Source: Raillietiella orientalis (lineage: Eukaryota). From it: a stretch of DNA of 64,000 bases. The stretch's first letter is position 1; each line of letters starts with the position of its first letter. Positions 12,001-27,279 of the stretch are shown in pieces. Below the pieces are notes generated by a model, which had not been told where the DNA came from, ran no database searches, and saw only the letters and a program-made list of their open reading frames with translations. The stretch spans positions 1,860,001 to 1,924,000 of the forward strand of contig JAYWIR010000016.1 in NCBI GenBank assembly GCA_036172245.1. The letters run 5' to 3'. The translations under genes were made by a program, and so were the position numbers.

Positions 12001-15000
12001 ATAGTGTGTTGGCTGGCTTTTCGTCTTCTTTCATCTGTATGAAAAATGAGTATTGCATTTATTTTAAATAACATGAGAAGTGCATTCATGACTGAAAAAA
12101 GCACACCATTTCATATGGTCCAAACATTTGTTCCTTCGCAACAAATTCGCGTATGCATTTTCGAATTTTTGAAAAAGGTGCTAAATATGGATAAAGCAGC
12201 ACAAAAACCATACAAAATTTTGTTTACTTTTTTCGCTTGTCATTGATTCCCATGGAGGAAGGGGAGAGAAAATCGAAATCTTAAAGCACGTGTGCACTTG
12301 AAGGCATAATTAAAAGATTTACAACTTTCATGTCAGAATCCCATTTATTTGTAAATGAAATCCTTGTCAACAAAAATTTCATTTTAACAGCCATAAATAT
12401 AACATGAATTGTACGTACTTTGACGATATGATTGAAAAAAAATTGAAAAACGCTTCTAATTAATAGAGAGAAAAGATGAATACGCGCTTTTCCAGATATA
12501 GAAACCATTTGATATGTTGGTGTTACAATTTTACATGAGCTACACTAAATATACCGTATACACTACATACCGTAAACAGTTTCATCTACATTGCATCTAC
12601 ATTGCATTCAGAAAACACTGAGAAATTCAAGTGTGGTGCCAAAATAAAACCAGAAAGCCATCGGTAAATGCCACATTGAACAACATACAGTGGAGAAGTA
12701 AAAAAAAAAACATCAATACAGAATAATTTTATGCCTTGGCTGAATAATTTTATGAAACTACACAATGAAAGCTGCCAATAGACTTTGCAACACAATCTTA
12801 AGACAAAAATAAGCACTATACAAAGGGATTACCCTTTTTCCAGGAGGAGATTTGATATCTTCAGGAGGCAGACATGGCATTTCTAAGAAATAACTTTCTG
12901 GTTTCCACATACAGTGTGTGTGATATATCTGCAAACGGAATGCTTCCTCGTATGTTAATCTTTTTTTCTCTGTTTTAATAGCCCGAAACCAAGCCCATGA
13001 AAGAGGTGCTGGATTCTTGTATCCTTCTAAAATATCCCAAGGTGATATCTTGTGCTTCTCTGACACTTGCAGACCCTAATTAGAGGACATCCTCATGAAA
13101 TCTCACACTTTTAATGGATGCATTATTCAATCAAACTTGAACAATAGAAGTGATTGCTATTCAAAATATATTCCTAAGACTTTCGAACCTGTTTTTTGTC
13201 AATTGAATCAAATCCTTGAATCCTGTTTCCCTTGGTGTCAGTAAGAGTGCCCATTGGCTCACAAGCAATAGCTTCTAACTGCTTCTTAGGTAAAGGCAAC
13301 AGTTGGCGAACAAATTTAATCGATGGATTAGTTTTTTCATATAATTCCTGACATAAATTACATGATTTTAGTTAAACGTTAATGAAAGTAGCAGTTAAAT
13401 GAAAAGCAATATCATTTTATTCCTAATTATAAAATTGATACGTTACAAACTTTTACCTTTTTCAACTTCTTCACTAAAGTCAAATAGTGCTTCTTGTTTT
13501 CTTCTCCTGGAGGATTGTTGGAGTCCGTCATCAATGTCGAATGTATTAGAATACCAAGCATGTCAATAACGGTAGAAAACAATTCACTAACAATGAAATT
13601 TCAGAAATGAAATTGCAAAACTGCAAAAGTACCTGTTATTGTTTAAATCAATAACGCCATTACAAACCAACTGTGAAAGTATGAGAGCCCATTCTACTAT
13701 GGTTGTAGTATTCTTTCGTATGGAATCAAATAACCACCCAATTAAACTAAAACGAAGTTTAAGTGCATCGAGAATGAAGTCTTTAATCTTTGGGTTGCAA
13801 ACCAATGTATTCTGAAAGACACAAAAATTTGCTTCAAGTATTCTTTGCTACCCAATTACAAAGCATCCAATTATTCTAGCAAAAATTGATTCAATTGAGA
13901 AAATTATAAAACTAATCCAAAATACTTATTGACCATCACCTCTTTTCCAGAATGAAGAAATTTTTCGAGCTGATTTTTCAAAGATGCAATGAGGTCATCT
14001 TTTTCCTTATCTTGAGATTGTAAACAAGTTTGCATTAATGCAATAAATGGAAAATGAGACATCAGAATAGGTTTTTTCTGAAAATTCTTTTCTGCTGCTT
14101 TGTCTCGATTTTTAACTGAAGACGTGGTGCTTTCCAAAACACTGTTTGCCACCCATAAAATCCTGCTTTGTATCTCTGGAGATAGTTTTGCAACCAGTGG
14201 CGCTACAAGCCATACTGAGTTTTGTTTGTTTTTCTTGCTATTGATTCATATGAAACAAAGAAAAACTTGAAGAGAACTTACTTTGTGTTTGGTGCATTGG
14301 AGACAGCTGCAAAATTTTCAGAAACTGTTAATCCTTGAAATAAATGAATTATAAACTCCGCAACAGCTGTTTGAAAATGTGCATGCTCTTTTTCCATTGA
14401 TGGTACTAATGATAAATACTGCTTATCCATTAAATACAAATTTAGCCATGAAATACAAAGCGTCCATTGATCAAGATTCTAATACAAGCAGAAATCATTT
14501 GTAATTCTGTACTAATAGCTCACCTCAAGAATCTGTGCCAGCAGAACTTGCTGACCACCTATATCTTCCAAAGGAATAATTTCAGAAGGATTTTCTGGAT
14601 GGCAGATCATGTAAAGTAATTTCTGAGCTTGTTTCGGTTTCAGCGTTTTATCTAGTAACATTTCCGAAGTGCACAAATCTTCTGGTCTCTGCAAGCACTT
14701 ATCCCGAATCCACTCTTGACTACAAATTTGAATTAGAACGTGACGAGCAAACTCTGATAAACTTGCATTCTCTATTCCCAAAGTTCCCTTTAATCCTAGG
14801 CTGTGAAAACAAACAGATGCTTCTTTAGCAACTACATGAACTGAGACTTACGTAACACTCATCTCAACATTTGAATTGTCAATTCCACTCAAACGATCAT
14901 TAGTTCCCAATATGTCAGAAATGCTAAGTTCCCCGTTAAATGCTTTCAGACCTTCTCTATTTTTTGATTCTCCTTTGATAGAATCGATCAACACCAAAAT

Positions 15001-18000
15001 TGCCTAATGTAACAAACAAGACATCATAAGGATATTTCCTATACACACAGTTACTAAAAAGAAAATTATTATACTTACTTTAAGAATAGCTAACACTGCT
15101 CCTATTTCAATGTTTAAATGTGCAGCAAGCAGAAGATTACGATCACAACCATAAAGCATATGGACCGAAGAACCTAAACGGAATGGCAAATGATGCACTT
15201 TTAAGGATCTCAATGAGAAAATTACTAACTGGATAAGTACTTATAAACATGATAATGATCCATTGGCTTAAATAATCTCAACAACAACTGACAAGTAAGC
15301 CTTGCTCGTGGTTCTGCCTCTGAATCTCCCAGTCCTGTTCAAAGAAATAACAAAAATATCAGGATAACATATTTAAAACTAAGTCCTTTCCTTCATTCCA
15401 GGCTTTAACCAGTGAAGGAAGAGCCACATGAGCAACAAAATCCTGGAGAGAAAAACAATGCCTTGCAACTAAAATGGATGTAAAAACTGCCAAATTTTTA
15501 TGAACAGAGATATCTGCAATGTCAACTTGAGTTTGCACATCAATAAATGAGCGAGTGGATATGCAGCACAGTGCTGTCAATACGCCTGGAAAGCAAACTA
15601 GGAAGTGCCAATGAAACTAGAACTTTTCCTACCAAGCCATTCAGGAGCCAAACTATTACAAGTTGCTGTTGCTTCTGCACAAAGCACTGCAATATCATTA
15701 AGTCTCTCATTATCTACTTCATTACAGACTGCTACCACTGAGTTGCAGACAAAACTGTAACGATTGACCAAGCTTTCATTTAACTGGCGTGCATGGATGA
15801 TATCAATGCGTTTTTTGGGATTGGATATGTATTCTGCCATAAATTCTATATTCCACCTTAAATCCGATTTCGATGGTTGAACAGGTGTAAATAAAATCTG
15901 TTTCACTTTCGAAAACGATGGTAGCAATGTTTCATAGTGACGAGATCTGATAAAATTACAGGAAGTGTGCAAATCAACCAAATATGCTAAAATGCAGCGT
16001 TCAGCTGATGAAATCTCGGCTGGATTCGAAAATGTCGGTTTTACACATTTTAAAAGGCATTCGAAGGCAATCTGAGTTTGTTCAGGTGACACTAGAAAGA
16101 AACTACATGAATGAAATCTCAATATAGCTCATACCTAACAAGCAAGAGTGATATTTTCGTAGAATCCCAAGAATATATAAATTCAACATTGGAGTATACA
16201 CCTTTGCTAAACTTGAGCACTTTTGAACTAACTGATTTTCAATATCTTGACTGTCTCTTAATATCTGATTGAAAGAAAAATAACACATGTAAGCACGGGA
16301 ATGATGATTTACCTGCAAACAAAAATCCATCATTCCATTTATATTCAGGCATATTTGAAATAAATCGAAAAGGAAAGACACATGTTCCAACACAGGCAAA
16401 TAATTCCCACTGCCACAACAAAATAGATTAAACATTTCCAAAACACTGGATGCAATGTTGCATGTTACTACATGCTGATCATAATATGATAAGTTTTGAA
16501 ATTTCTGAATCAATGCTTCAAAGTTGAATTCTCCTTTGGATTGTTTTTTTACTTTTCCTAAGAGTCATAAGTGCAAACTTATTTTTAATAATTACAAATT
16601 ACCATCGCTTGTATCAATATTGTACTTTTTACTTAACAGCTTCAAAAGTTCTTTTGTCACTTTTTTAATGTTGTCTCTAGATTTGCCAAATCCATACAAA
16701 AGAACATACCTTTGATTGCATTCATGAATGCTGTATTCATCCTAACCAAAAAAATTCAATATCACCTTGAATAGGGGAAAAATTCCCTTAATTTAAAATT
16801 CAGTTAACTATGAAAAGATACTAAGTAAACGTACATACCTGTGGGATTGGGAAATGAGTAGTGTAAAGCAAATGTCTGTTGGAATTACATTTTGCTTGTG
16901 ATTTTTCATTCAAATTCGTATCCAAACTGTGAACATTTGATAGAATAGAAGCTCCTTCATCTTTTGGAGAGTCAGGGTTATCCTAAACATTGACTTCATA
17001 ATTATTTCATGACACGACAAACCAAACAATTAACTTGATACCATTGTGCTTCGCTGCTGAATGTGCTTAAGAAGTTTATCCAAATCATCATCGATTTTTG
17101 AATCATCCATTTCTAGAGATTCCTTAATGAAAATGACAATAGCAAAACAGTAATTTATTTGAGCCTATAAGATCAACCTTATGAATTTCGTTGTGTGAAA
17201 AGGCATTCCTTGGAATTAAATAATGAGAGTTGATATCTCCACGTGAAATCAAGGTACACATATATGCGTTATGAGAAAATACATCATGTTGAATAAGCTC
17301 ATAGAATAATAAAACCAAATTTGCAAAGGCAGTTTTATTCTTTGAAGAAGGATTTGCATCTAAAATTATAAACAAGACAAAAATCTATAAGGCAACTCAT
17401 CCAATTTTAGAATCTGGATATAAAAAGCATTTATAATAGTTCTTTTTTTTTTTTCACATGACAACAAACTGAAAACTAGATGCACATGAATTAGGTGCTG
17501 ATGTTGGCACATGGCGAAGTTAAACAAAAGAATTATAAACAATCGGCATTTAAAAAGATTTAAGTCAGACATGATACATTTGAACACAATATCACATGGA
17601 AAGCATTATTCACCTAAAACAGGAGCATCATTATCCAAAAACTTCAGTAATTGATTCTGAAATAGTGGTGTACTGCATGAAACTCCTCCACTTGAAGAAA
17701 CAGAATCTTTTTCATCAACATAATTCATCTCCAGAGATAGAAGTTCATTCTGACGTCTCTCTAGTAATTTTGCAACAACCATTGCGCGATGTGCACCTGA
17801 TCTTTGAGTACACACGGCCCATTCACAAAGAATTTGTACAATGGCTTCATTATCAGGAATGCTCTAATCATTGTAATCATTTTATTAAGTTGTCTAAATT
17901 GAAAATCGAAACTTACTTCTGATGGTTCCTTTACAATAGAATCACCATATATTTTAGAGTATAATATCTCTAAAGAATTGTTACAATCCACCTGGTGAAA

Positions 18001-21000
18001 ATTATGGCGATCCAAGGCGTCCAAACAATTCAAAACTTTAAGAACTGTTGATCCTAAAATTACACAGCTTCATTCCAATTCAATTCACCTTGACAACAAT
18101 TTTGTTAATATTAAATCTATTAAAAATGATTTGTTCATACATTTTAATGATAAATGAGCAATATAAAATCAAATGATATTCAAAATATATATTAAAGGCA
18201 TTCTTTCACCTATGAATGTTGAAAAGTTATTTCCAAAATTTTGTCATAAAGGATTTCTGGAACACTTTTTCTATAACAAAAATTCAACCATAAAAAACTC
18301 TACCCTATCACTGGATTATTAACCAAAGATCAAGTTGTAAATACACTGATTCATCAATTTAATGTTTCCTTTACTAAAATGATAAATCAATTTAAAATCC
18401 AGATTGAACTGCAGAGAAGAAAATAAAAAAGTCTGCTTAAACTATTTGTCACAAAAGTAGAGCTTTGATCAAAAATTCATCACAATACAATATTGTTTGC
18501 TGTTACTGAGACCAACAAGCAATAATATTAAGTTTGGATTATGCTGCATGCCAGTTCTTCAAGCATTTACAGAATACATACAAAGACAATTCTGTCACTT
18601 GGATATAAGTCCAGCCATGGGAATTCTTTTAGTAAGCTGCTAAAACATTTTGAATCAAAATCAAAATATAATGACAATGCATCAAAATAAACATTGCCCT
18701 AAATTGCATTTTGTCGCCAAAAAAAAAAAAAAAAAACAACTCTCGGAGAAAGCTGATAACCACCTACAAGTAATACCGATTCCTCTAGGTATATTTTATG
18801 CAACAGTGCAAAAACTGCAATTTTCTTCAGAATCTAAATTTCCTCTTTGGCAAAGGACTCGAAAAATTACGCTTTCAAATTAGTAAAGCAAGAGATGGAA
18901 TCAAGAGCTATGGATATTCACTTTATGGATATTGCAAAACGCCGAAGGCACACTGTGCAGCATACACATGATCACTTTATTTCACTATTTTTGTCCTGCA
19001 TAATAATATGTCCATACATTTAACCATATGCTGCTCTAATTGTGAAAATTTAATATATGAAAAATGACCTTTCTACCTGTTACACTCTCTTGAAATCTGG
19101 CAGCCGACCATTTATCTTCAACTGCTTTACTTCTTAATTTAACTGCATATTCGGCCATCCGCAAGCAATTCCTTAATAGAGATATTATTATAATCTACTC
19201 TGATGGCACATAAAAGCATACACAAGTTCATTATATAAACATTCTTATGGTTGTTGTGCCACACTGTATGAACAATGTTAAGAAATGAGAAGTCTTTAAA
19301 GAATCAAAATGTTTCCAATAACAATATACTACAATAACGGAGTAGCAAAAAATGGTGGATAACTACTTTAGAAATAAGTGCTTTCACAAAACTAATCTAT
19401 TAATCACAAATTCTATATGTTATCAAATAATGCCATACTTGTTTAGCGCATTTATTCATTCATAAAGTCTGAGAAGTCCTATCCATGTTTTATTAAATTT
19501 TATCTACTAAACCTTAAATCTCCCACAATCTAAAGCCTATGAAAACTACAGTCTAACTGTAATTTTGCCGACAAATTAAAAAGTAAATGGTCACTGTAGC
19601 ATGCAAGGCCTCACCTAATTTGAGCATTATCACTTCTTATGGGCATTGGCAAACATGAAGGTGGAACACAAAGATAATCCAAAGGAGATCCATTCAATGA
19701 TTCTATGATTCTATCATCTTCAAAATCATGCCACACAAGAGCTGCAGGGCACTCTAAAAGGATGGTCTGAAAAATGGTCAAAGCATCTGTATCACAGAAA
19801 AGCAAAACAAAACAATAAATTTTCACTTTTAACGTATTTTTATTTTCATTAATGCATCCTGGTTTTAAACCAGCCTTTTGTAAGAGAAAGGCAAGTAATG
19901 AGAAATAACTTGATAATAAGATAGTTCTACAAACAATGACTTGAATAAAATTTTATTTATATATGTAATTGTTTTGTGCTTGTACTATTCACTGAAATTC
20001 ATCACAATTAAAATTTTATGATCTCGGTTTAAAGACACATGCTTCTCAACATTTGAAATTAATTAGTTTTACTTTGTATTACCATACACAAGCTCAAGCT
20101 CACAAACATAATATTAGTACTTAAATTTAAAATAAAAATTAGACTCTTGATGTACACGACAAAAATACCTAATCTAAAACATGCACTCTTATAAAAATGT
20201 TTGGCTATTTATAAAATTAAGAAATTAATTAACAGCATTTGCATTATGAAAACTGAAGATAAGTGAAAAAATATTAAATGCATTACTTGTATTATTGCAG
20301 ATAATATTAAAATCATATTTTGATGATGCTGACAATTCAAATAAGATCCAAATATATTGTTTGTTGTTGAACTTGATGAATTATTCCTAAAATGTACATG
20401 GAGCCATATAAGTTGCAGATCAATGGAAGCATCTTTCTGGATAAAAAAAATTTTTCTACACAACTCGATAATTCAATTCATGAAATAAGCTCGAAATTCC
20501 TTATGAATATTGCTCTTGAAACTTGTTCCAGGTACACAGCTCTCAAAACCCCAAAAGTATACATTTAATTACCCATCCATTTGATTTGCCGAGAGAGGAC
20601 TTGAAGCCTTCATTGGAACTGAATCCCATAGGAGTGACAATTTCAATGCACAAAAATATGTCAACTTCCTTGCTAAAATTTCACACTGCACAAATTCCTC
20701 CATATATTGCAGCACCAATGGAAGCAAATATTGCAAAATACTATCTTCAAGTTGTTTTGTTTTTTCTAAGGAATCCAATAACCAAGTCAAAAAATCCTGC
20801 TTGTCCAGCAAACCTTCCTGAATATATAAGATTACAAAATTAAAAATAGAAATTCTAACATCATGTTTAAATACAATGCATAACATCATGATCAGTTGTT
20901 TTAACAGTACTATAAAAGCTTGAATATGCATTAATAGAAATAATATACACAGCAACTAGCATATGCAGACTTAATTGAATATGCATCACGATCAACATTT

Positions 21001-23594
21001 TTGGTAATTCCGATTCCACTGTTGATCCCCACAAGATTTACATGATATTTCATTATATGAAATAAGGTATCACCTGTGTTAATTCAAAAACACATGAAAG
21101 GAAATTCAACAGAAGATCAGTCCTGGCAATTTCAGATTTATATGCTAGCTAATTGAGATTTGAATTTGCAAACTAAATACCATTTAAAATTAAGTTTTAT
21201 TAAAAACTTGAATACATATAGCTTTAAATTCTTAATGTCCAAAATATTTAAGCGTCTAACATTTCAACTTCCGTCAAAAAATCAAAAAACATTAAAAGAA
21301 ACTAGATTTTTCATTTATCTGAATTATAAAATCTCAGCTCCTTGTGCAAATGCAGCTTCATATTTTGATTCTAAATTTACCGCCACGATGTCAACTTTTA
21401 AATTCTAAAATTCTTTAACTTCATGCATATAATTTCGCTTTCATATGGAAAGATGTTAACGAAACATACGCATAATAATTAAAATTATTCCACAGATAAC
21501 AAATAATAAGACACCAAGTAAAGCACACAATGGCACAATTACAGTAGATTTTTGATGATAAAGTGAATTTGAAGTTTCCCCAATTTTTTATGACTGTCAA
21601 TTGGGATTCTGAAGCCCCACAAATAAGTGCATAAATAGATAAAACTTTCTTTTGATCCTAAGCTTTTGATTTAAACTTTCTTACACTGAACTAATGTGTT
21701 GATGAACTGATTAAACATAAGCTACATTTAATAGAGTGCATTGCAACACAACTTAAACGTATACTTTTTCTATAAATTATTGAGCTGAAAATGTTCGATC
21801 ATACTTTATTTCCTCAATGAATGCTAGTCAAAAAGCTTATTAAATCTGCTCTTGGATTTTTACTTTAAAGAAAAAATCCATCAGCAGCTGAAAATTCAAT
21901 TTTTTCACAGCATTCTAGTTAATTATTCTTGGACATTAAATAAAAGCACAATATGACAAAAAAATTAAATAATTAATGAAGTGCATAATAATTAAATGAT
22001 ACACTACATGAAAAACAGTGAAGGGCAAACAGCAAAAAGCATGTAGCCAAACCAAATTACCACATCAAATAATATGAATAGAAATTGTTACAAGACTATT
22101 ATGTTCATTCATCAATATTTCTACAAACCTCATACATATATCTTGCTAATCTTATACAATATTTCCATTGTTTTAATGCAAGTTCTGTATCATTAGTAAG
22201 GGACACATTATTTGACGAGTCTTGTAATTTCTGCAATTGTTCTTTCAAGTACTTGGTTAAATTCTGAGTCCATTCTGTGAGCCGAAAATTAATTCAAAGA
22301 ACATATTTAATCCAATAAAACCTTGTGAAGGATCAGGTATCTGTCGCTTTTTTATTTTTGCTTCTGATATTGCTGCAGAATGAGCTGATGTCATTTTAAT
22401 GAACCAAGCTGCTCGAGTTAAAGGAATATCAAATTCCGACAATGTCATAAAAATATCTTCTTTTTTGTTATAAATCGGAACCTAGATACCATCATTTAAA
22501 ACATGGCTGAATAAGTCAACTTTAAGAAAATGCTTACTTTTTTGGATAATAACAAAAGAGATTTATCTCCAGCTAGATCCTTAAACCACGTCTCTATAGC
22601 ATTTTTTGATCTACCAGTGACTGCCCAATTGTCTTTGGTATTTATTTGTTGCCTTTTTCTTCCAGTATCAGGCAATGTATTCAAATCTTGTTTTTTACTC
22701 AGTATAGTATTAAAATACTTTCCCACCTAAAAAAGGATGAAGACATAATAAAGAACACTTCCCATTCCTCATATTGAAATTTTTATACTACACAGTATTG
22801 AACTTGAGACAAATGTCTCCACAAGGAGCAAATGAAAATCTAAACTTTAAGATGCTTTTCTCTATAATGAAGCTCAAACAAAAGATCTGAACTAACTGTG
22901 GCAGCTGATATGTTGTATTTGCATGCTGAACCAAATTCTGCATCTGATAACTGGGGACTGTAAGAAAATCCTTGTTTCACGTTCACGTTTGTTAATTCAT
23001 CCTAAAATTATTTAAAAATGTTCATGAAGTACACATTTGATTTTTCATAATACGGTTCATTGGCATAAAGTTATTTGATAGAATTTCTTTTATCTTAAAT
23101 AAAAAAAATTAAAAGGAAGGTTTCCATTCTTTTCATTCCCTTTGAGACAAAAAAGAAGAAAACAAACAGATAAATTAATGCTACAATCTGGGCTCTCTTG
23201 TTAAACATATGGAAACAAGATTACAGTTGAATATTATTGTACAAAGATATCTTCAAAATACGTTGGTATCGATAAAAGTAATAAATCATTGAGATAGCAA
23301 ATGTTTTAAAACTGTGGAACTGAAAAGGAATTCTTTGAATGTGCACAACTGAAATAAATAATCTAAAGATACCAATGATAACCATGATTAACATGAACCA
23401 TGACACCATGATTTCAGGCACATTGAATGTTCTAAATTGAGGACTTATGACCATTGGTTGAAACAAACATTTTACAATAGTAGAAAACACACTCTTACTT
23501 CTTTCTGTTTGGGATCCTGAGGATATAAATCGGGTGGACCTAGTCTAGGTCGTTTGAGGGCAGTCTTCTCCATTGAAATAAATGGAGCAAACAT
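9096..23594 (-). CDS. MED12: Mediator of RNA polymerase II transcription subunit 12 (kohtalo), multi-exon
   Basis: Exon 1 23594-23499 [32 protein letters not shown]; exon 2 23001-22897 [12 protein letters not shown]; exon 3 22726-22538 [19 protein letters not shown]; exon 4 22481-22322 RAAWFIKMT; exon 5 22274-22129 EWTQ. Later exons: [91 protein letters not shown]. Gln-rich last exon 9242-9096 ends in TAA. The introns I checked are GT-AG and in phase. Confidence 0.97.
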
Positions 23595-23949
23595 GGCACT
23601 ATATTTTTCCAACACAATATATACTGCAAGTTTGGCAGAAAAAAATTACGGGAACCTCAACTACATGCTGGAACTCACCATTAACTTCATTAAACTTTCA
23701 TTGCAGTGTACACAGTGTATACTTCAATAAAAAGGATCGTTGTAAGGTTAACTTCTTGATGCCCGGGTTTCTCAAAACTTTGCAAATCATTGCTAACTTA
23801 TTCGATTTGCAACATTCGGTACTGATCGACTTTGCGCTGTAAATTACTACACGATGTCAACTTAATACCGCCTGGAACAGAAACGATGTTAGTCGCCCTG
23901 TTCGAAGCTTCAAAATGAATCTTTCAACTGTTCTCAACTGCTTCACACT

Positions 23950-24800
23950 CAACGACGCTGATTATGCTGTCTTGTCGACGGAGATTCCGATCCAACCCCA
24001 ATTTAAGTTTGTTTGCGTTTCGTTTAAGCAGCAACTCCAACCCAAAACACCACGATCCCTTCTCCCTCTCTCTAAGCCCCCCGTTCAACAACGGCCTCGC
24101 TGAAACGACAACATCGCCGTGCGGATTCGGCAAAGGTCCCCGACGGAGAATCACTTCCCACGAAATGGGAAGGTGTTTCGGTGTTTATGCTGTTTCCAGA
24201 CAAAGCACATTCGTTCCAAGTCTTCCGGATCTATGCTCGCAACAGGAATGTAACCGAATCGAATCGATTCTTACATTGCAATGCCACGAAACCCCGGCCC
24301 GAGAACCCACACTCGGATTAGCAGTGCAATTTTTCGACTTATCCCAGACGACGAATCGGTTTCCCGAAGGGCTCGTTTGCAACGAGCTGATTGAAAGTCG
24401 GGACCTGTGGTGGCCAGGGAGCGTGCTCGAACCTACTCCTTGTCGAAAGTCCAACCCCCTGCTCCTTCCACCCTCCTGTCCCCCACCTACCGAAAACACC
24501 AGCTTCCCGGAGAAGGAGGCAGTCGGCCCTACTTTCTCAGGAGTTCAAGACGCTGACTACGAACTCGGATTGCCTGCCCCGACGGTTTCCTTCTGCCGCG
24601 AAGTATGTTTGGAAAACCATGACGGATTCTGTCAACGATTCTGTTCGAAACGACAAGGAGGAAGAAAATGGAATCCACGAGAGTGTGCAAAAGCTCCCTA
24701 CTCCCGAGGCTTGTGATTTCGAAATGCACGCACTGGTGGCCCAGGAGAGGAGATGCCGACTGCTTCTGGGCCTTTTGGCTCAGGTCGAAGTGGAGGTGGG
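23950..24800 (+). mobile_element. BEL/Pao LTR retrotransposon pol remnant (end of RNase H and linker)
   Basis: CNRIESILTLQ...NRFPEGLVCNELIESRDLWWPG resembles the BEL pattern NRV.EIQ...NPAD..SRG....L....LWW.GP; next frame gives RFPSAAK...(cf. RFSS..KL). Confidence 0.55.
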
Positions 24801-27279
24801 ACGAACTTCAGCGTCTCTAAATTGAAAACCAAAACAATGAAACCCCAAGCACAAACTGAGACGTTGCAGCAAGCCAAGTGACTCATAATACTTTATTTTA
24901 ACCAGTTTCTCCAATGTCACAACGACCAGCTGAGGATAATTACTGAAGCAATGCACAATAACATGGTAACAGCGGAGGATAGTTGGTATCACCAGGCAGA
25001 GTATTTTTGTTAGCTTCAAGGTAGAACGATGTGAAACAACTTTCCTTCGACTTCAACTCATTATCAGATAGTATTAAATAAACAAAAGCCTATAAATAAT
25101 CACTATTCACCGAAATGTCCTATAGCTAAAGATTGGCAGAGAAGAAATATCTGAATGCTTTTTTTTCCAAAGTCTAACAATTGCTTGAATTTTTGTTTTG
25201 GAAAATGTATACGTGAATAACTTAATTTAATTTCAAACGAAACTTTGTTTGATTCTTGTTTTCCCTTTCAGGGGGAATGTAGGTTTTCGGATATTAACAA
25301 CTGAAATGAGCGCATCTCAAAATCGAGGAATTAAAGCAATCCAACGAAAACAAGATTCATATTTCTGCTTGTAGCAAAAGAAATATAAATGAAATACCAG
25401 CAATAAAACTGATACAAGCACGAGATATTCCACAGCAAAACCGCCAAATCAATTGTGATTCCTGAGTAATTACAAATACGGGATGAAATCCTGATAATGT
25501 TACCACGGTCTGAAGAATCGTTTGAACTTATTGAAGAAAAATAACCAATGAAGCCTTATTCATTGAGCGATGAAAAGTTTCGTTTATTTATTACGAAAAC
25601 ATACAGCGTTAATGGAAAAAAAACTCGCTTTTTAAATTGCACTATTTCGCTTGCCTACATTAGTTTCAAATATCACATGCAATAACTGGAATGTATGAAT
25701 CGAAGAGTAATAATAAACTATATTTATTGCCATGGTCAATGCCATGATTTCAAAATAATTTTGCCAACATTTGCAGTATGATCCTTCTTTCTTTGGAAAC
25801 ACACTGCTGATTACAAGTTTGTTTTTACGTTCATATCTAGTATAGATAATTTCATCATTTCAAAAAAGTTTAAATATCACACCATGTCTCAATTCTCCAT
25901 TCAGCCGCTGGAATTTAGGAACCAAAAAATAAGAATAGAAAATCAGAGCATTTCATAGGCATAAGATTATTAGAAAAATAGGGTCAAAGAAGAAATTTAG
26001 GTGAAAGTCTATGAATTCGTTTTCCAATGTATATTTTCTGCTTTGCTGTATATATTCCTTCGTAGTGATACAGTGAAAAAGAACGAAAATGTATTTGGTT
26101 AAAACGAGGTTAGAAATGGAGCATTTATATGCATACTGAATTGAGGTTTCCTGGAATTAATGACTATTTGTGCGTCGTATTAATACGATTCTCATAGTTA
26201 CCTATGAGAATACCTTCAACCGTATAAAAGGAAAAAATTGTATAGCAGAATCGTTAGTATTAAATCTGTTTCTTCACTTGCCTGTAATTGGCGCTGTAAA
26301 TCTTTTTTGCCATATCTTGAAAGCTAGATGTCCTTCCTATACCTGAAGCATTATAGAGGAAGAGTCAACACTAGTCTGCCTCCTTTTGTATTTCGATACA
26401 AATTGCTCTTGAAGGCTTTTCAACTAATGTTATATAATCCCATCCATATGGTTAACGCAAATACACACAAGTCCCATTGGAGAACTGAACCAATTTTAAG
26501 AATTACTAGATTTATAATTTTTAATAATAAAACCGACAGCAAAATGTGGATTTTTGTCCACCTCCTATTGCTTCTGTTTGAAGACTTTGTTTGATCACAC
26601 CTTTATTTTTTATCTATAATGTCCTATCGCTCAAAAATGAGATTCTTTTCTTCTCCGGCTTCAAAGATTGATCTTTTCCTCAGAAAAATCTTATTTAGAG
26701 AGATAAATGCATTTTTCATACCTATTTTATCTTAGTCACGAGCTCGAGATTTCTATGAAGTTTTAAGGATTGACTCTTTCTAACAAAGCTCTATCTAACT
26801 ATAATAAAACCTGCTGACTTTTGAATTAGATTTGGAACTGATTTTCTGTCATCAACATGACCTTTCGTTAAATTAACCCCTTGAATTTCACCCTTTTCAT
26901 TGATATATAATTTGCAACCATAAAACCAACTAATAGTGATTTTTTCTATTTACGCAATTCCGGCAAAAACTTGAATGAATAAAGTAGAAATAGAGATGCT
27001 ATATGCAAACAACATATTTTCCTTATTTCGAACAAGAATTCTCCTTCAGCTTGTAGTTTTTATTGTGTACGGAATTGAAACCCGATTGAAAAGTGATCGA
27101 GAGTGGGGGGGGGGGGGGAACGCAAAACATTTAATATATTTTTGCTTGTGATTTTGTTTTTTTTTTTTTACTTTTTTGTGTCTGAAGGAGGCAAAGTCGG
27201 AAAAGTCATTGAAACGTCGCTGATCATAACCTCATTGCAAGAGAAAAAGCAACTCACACGTAAAAAAAAATGAAAATGA

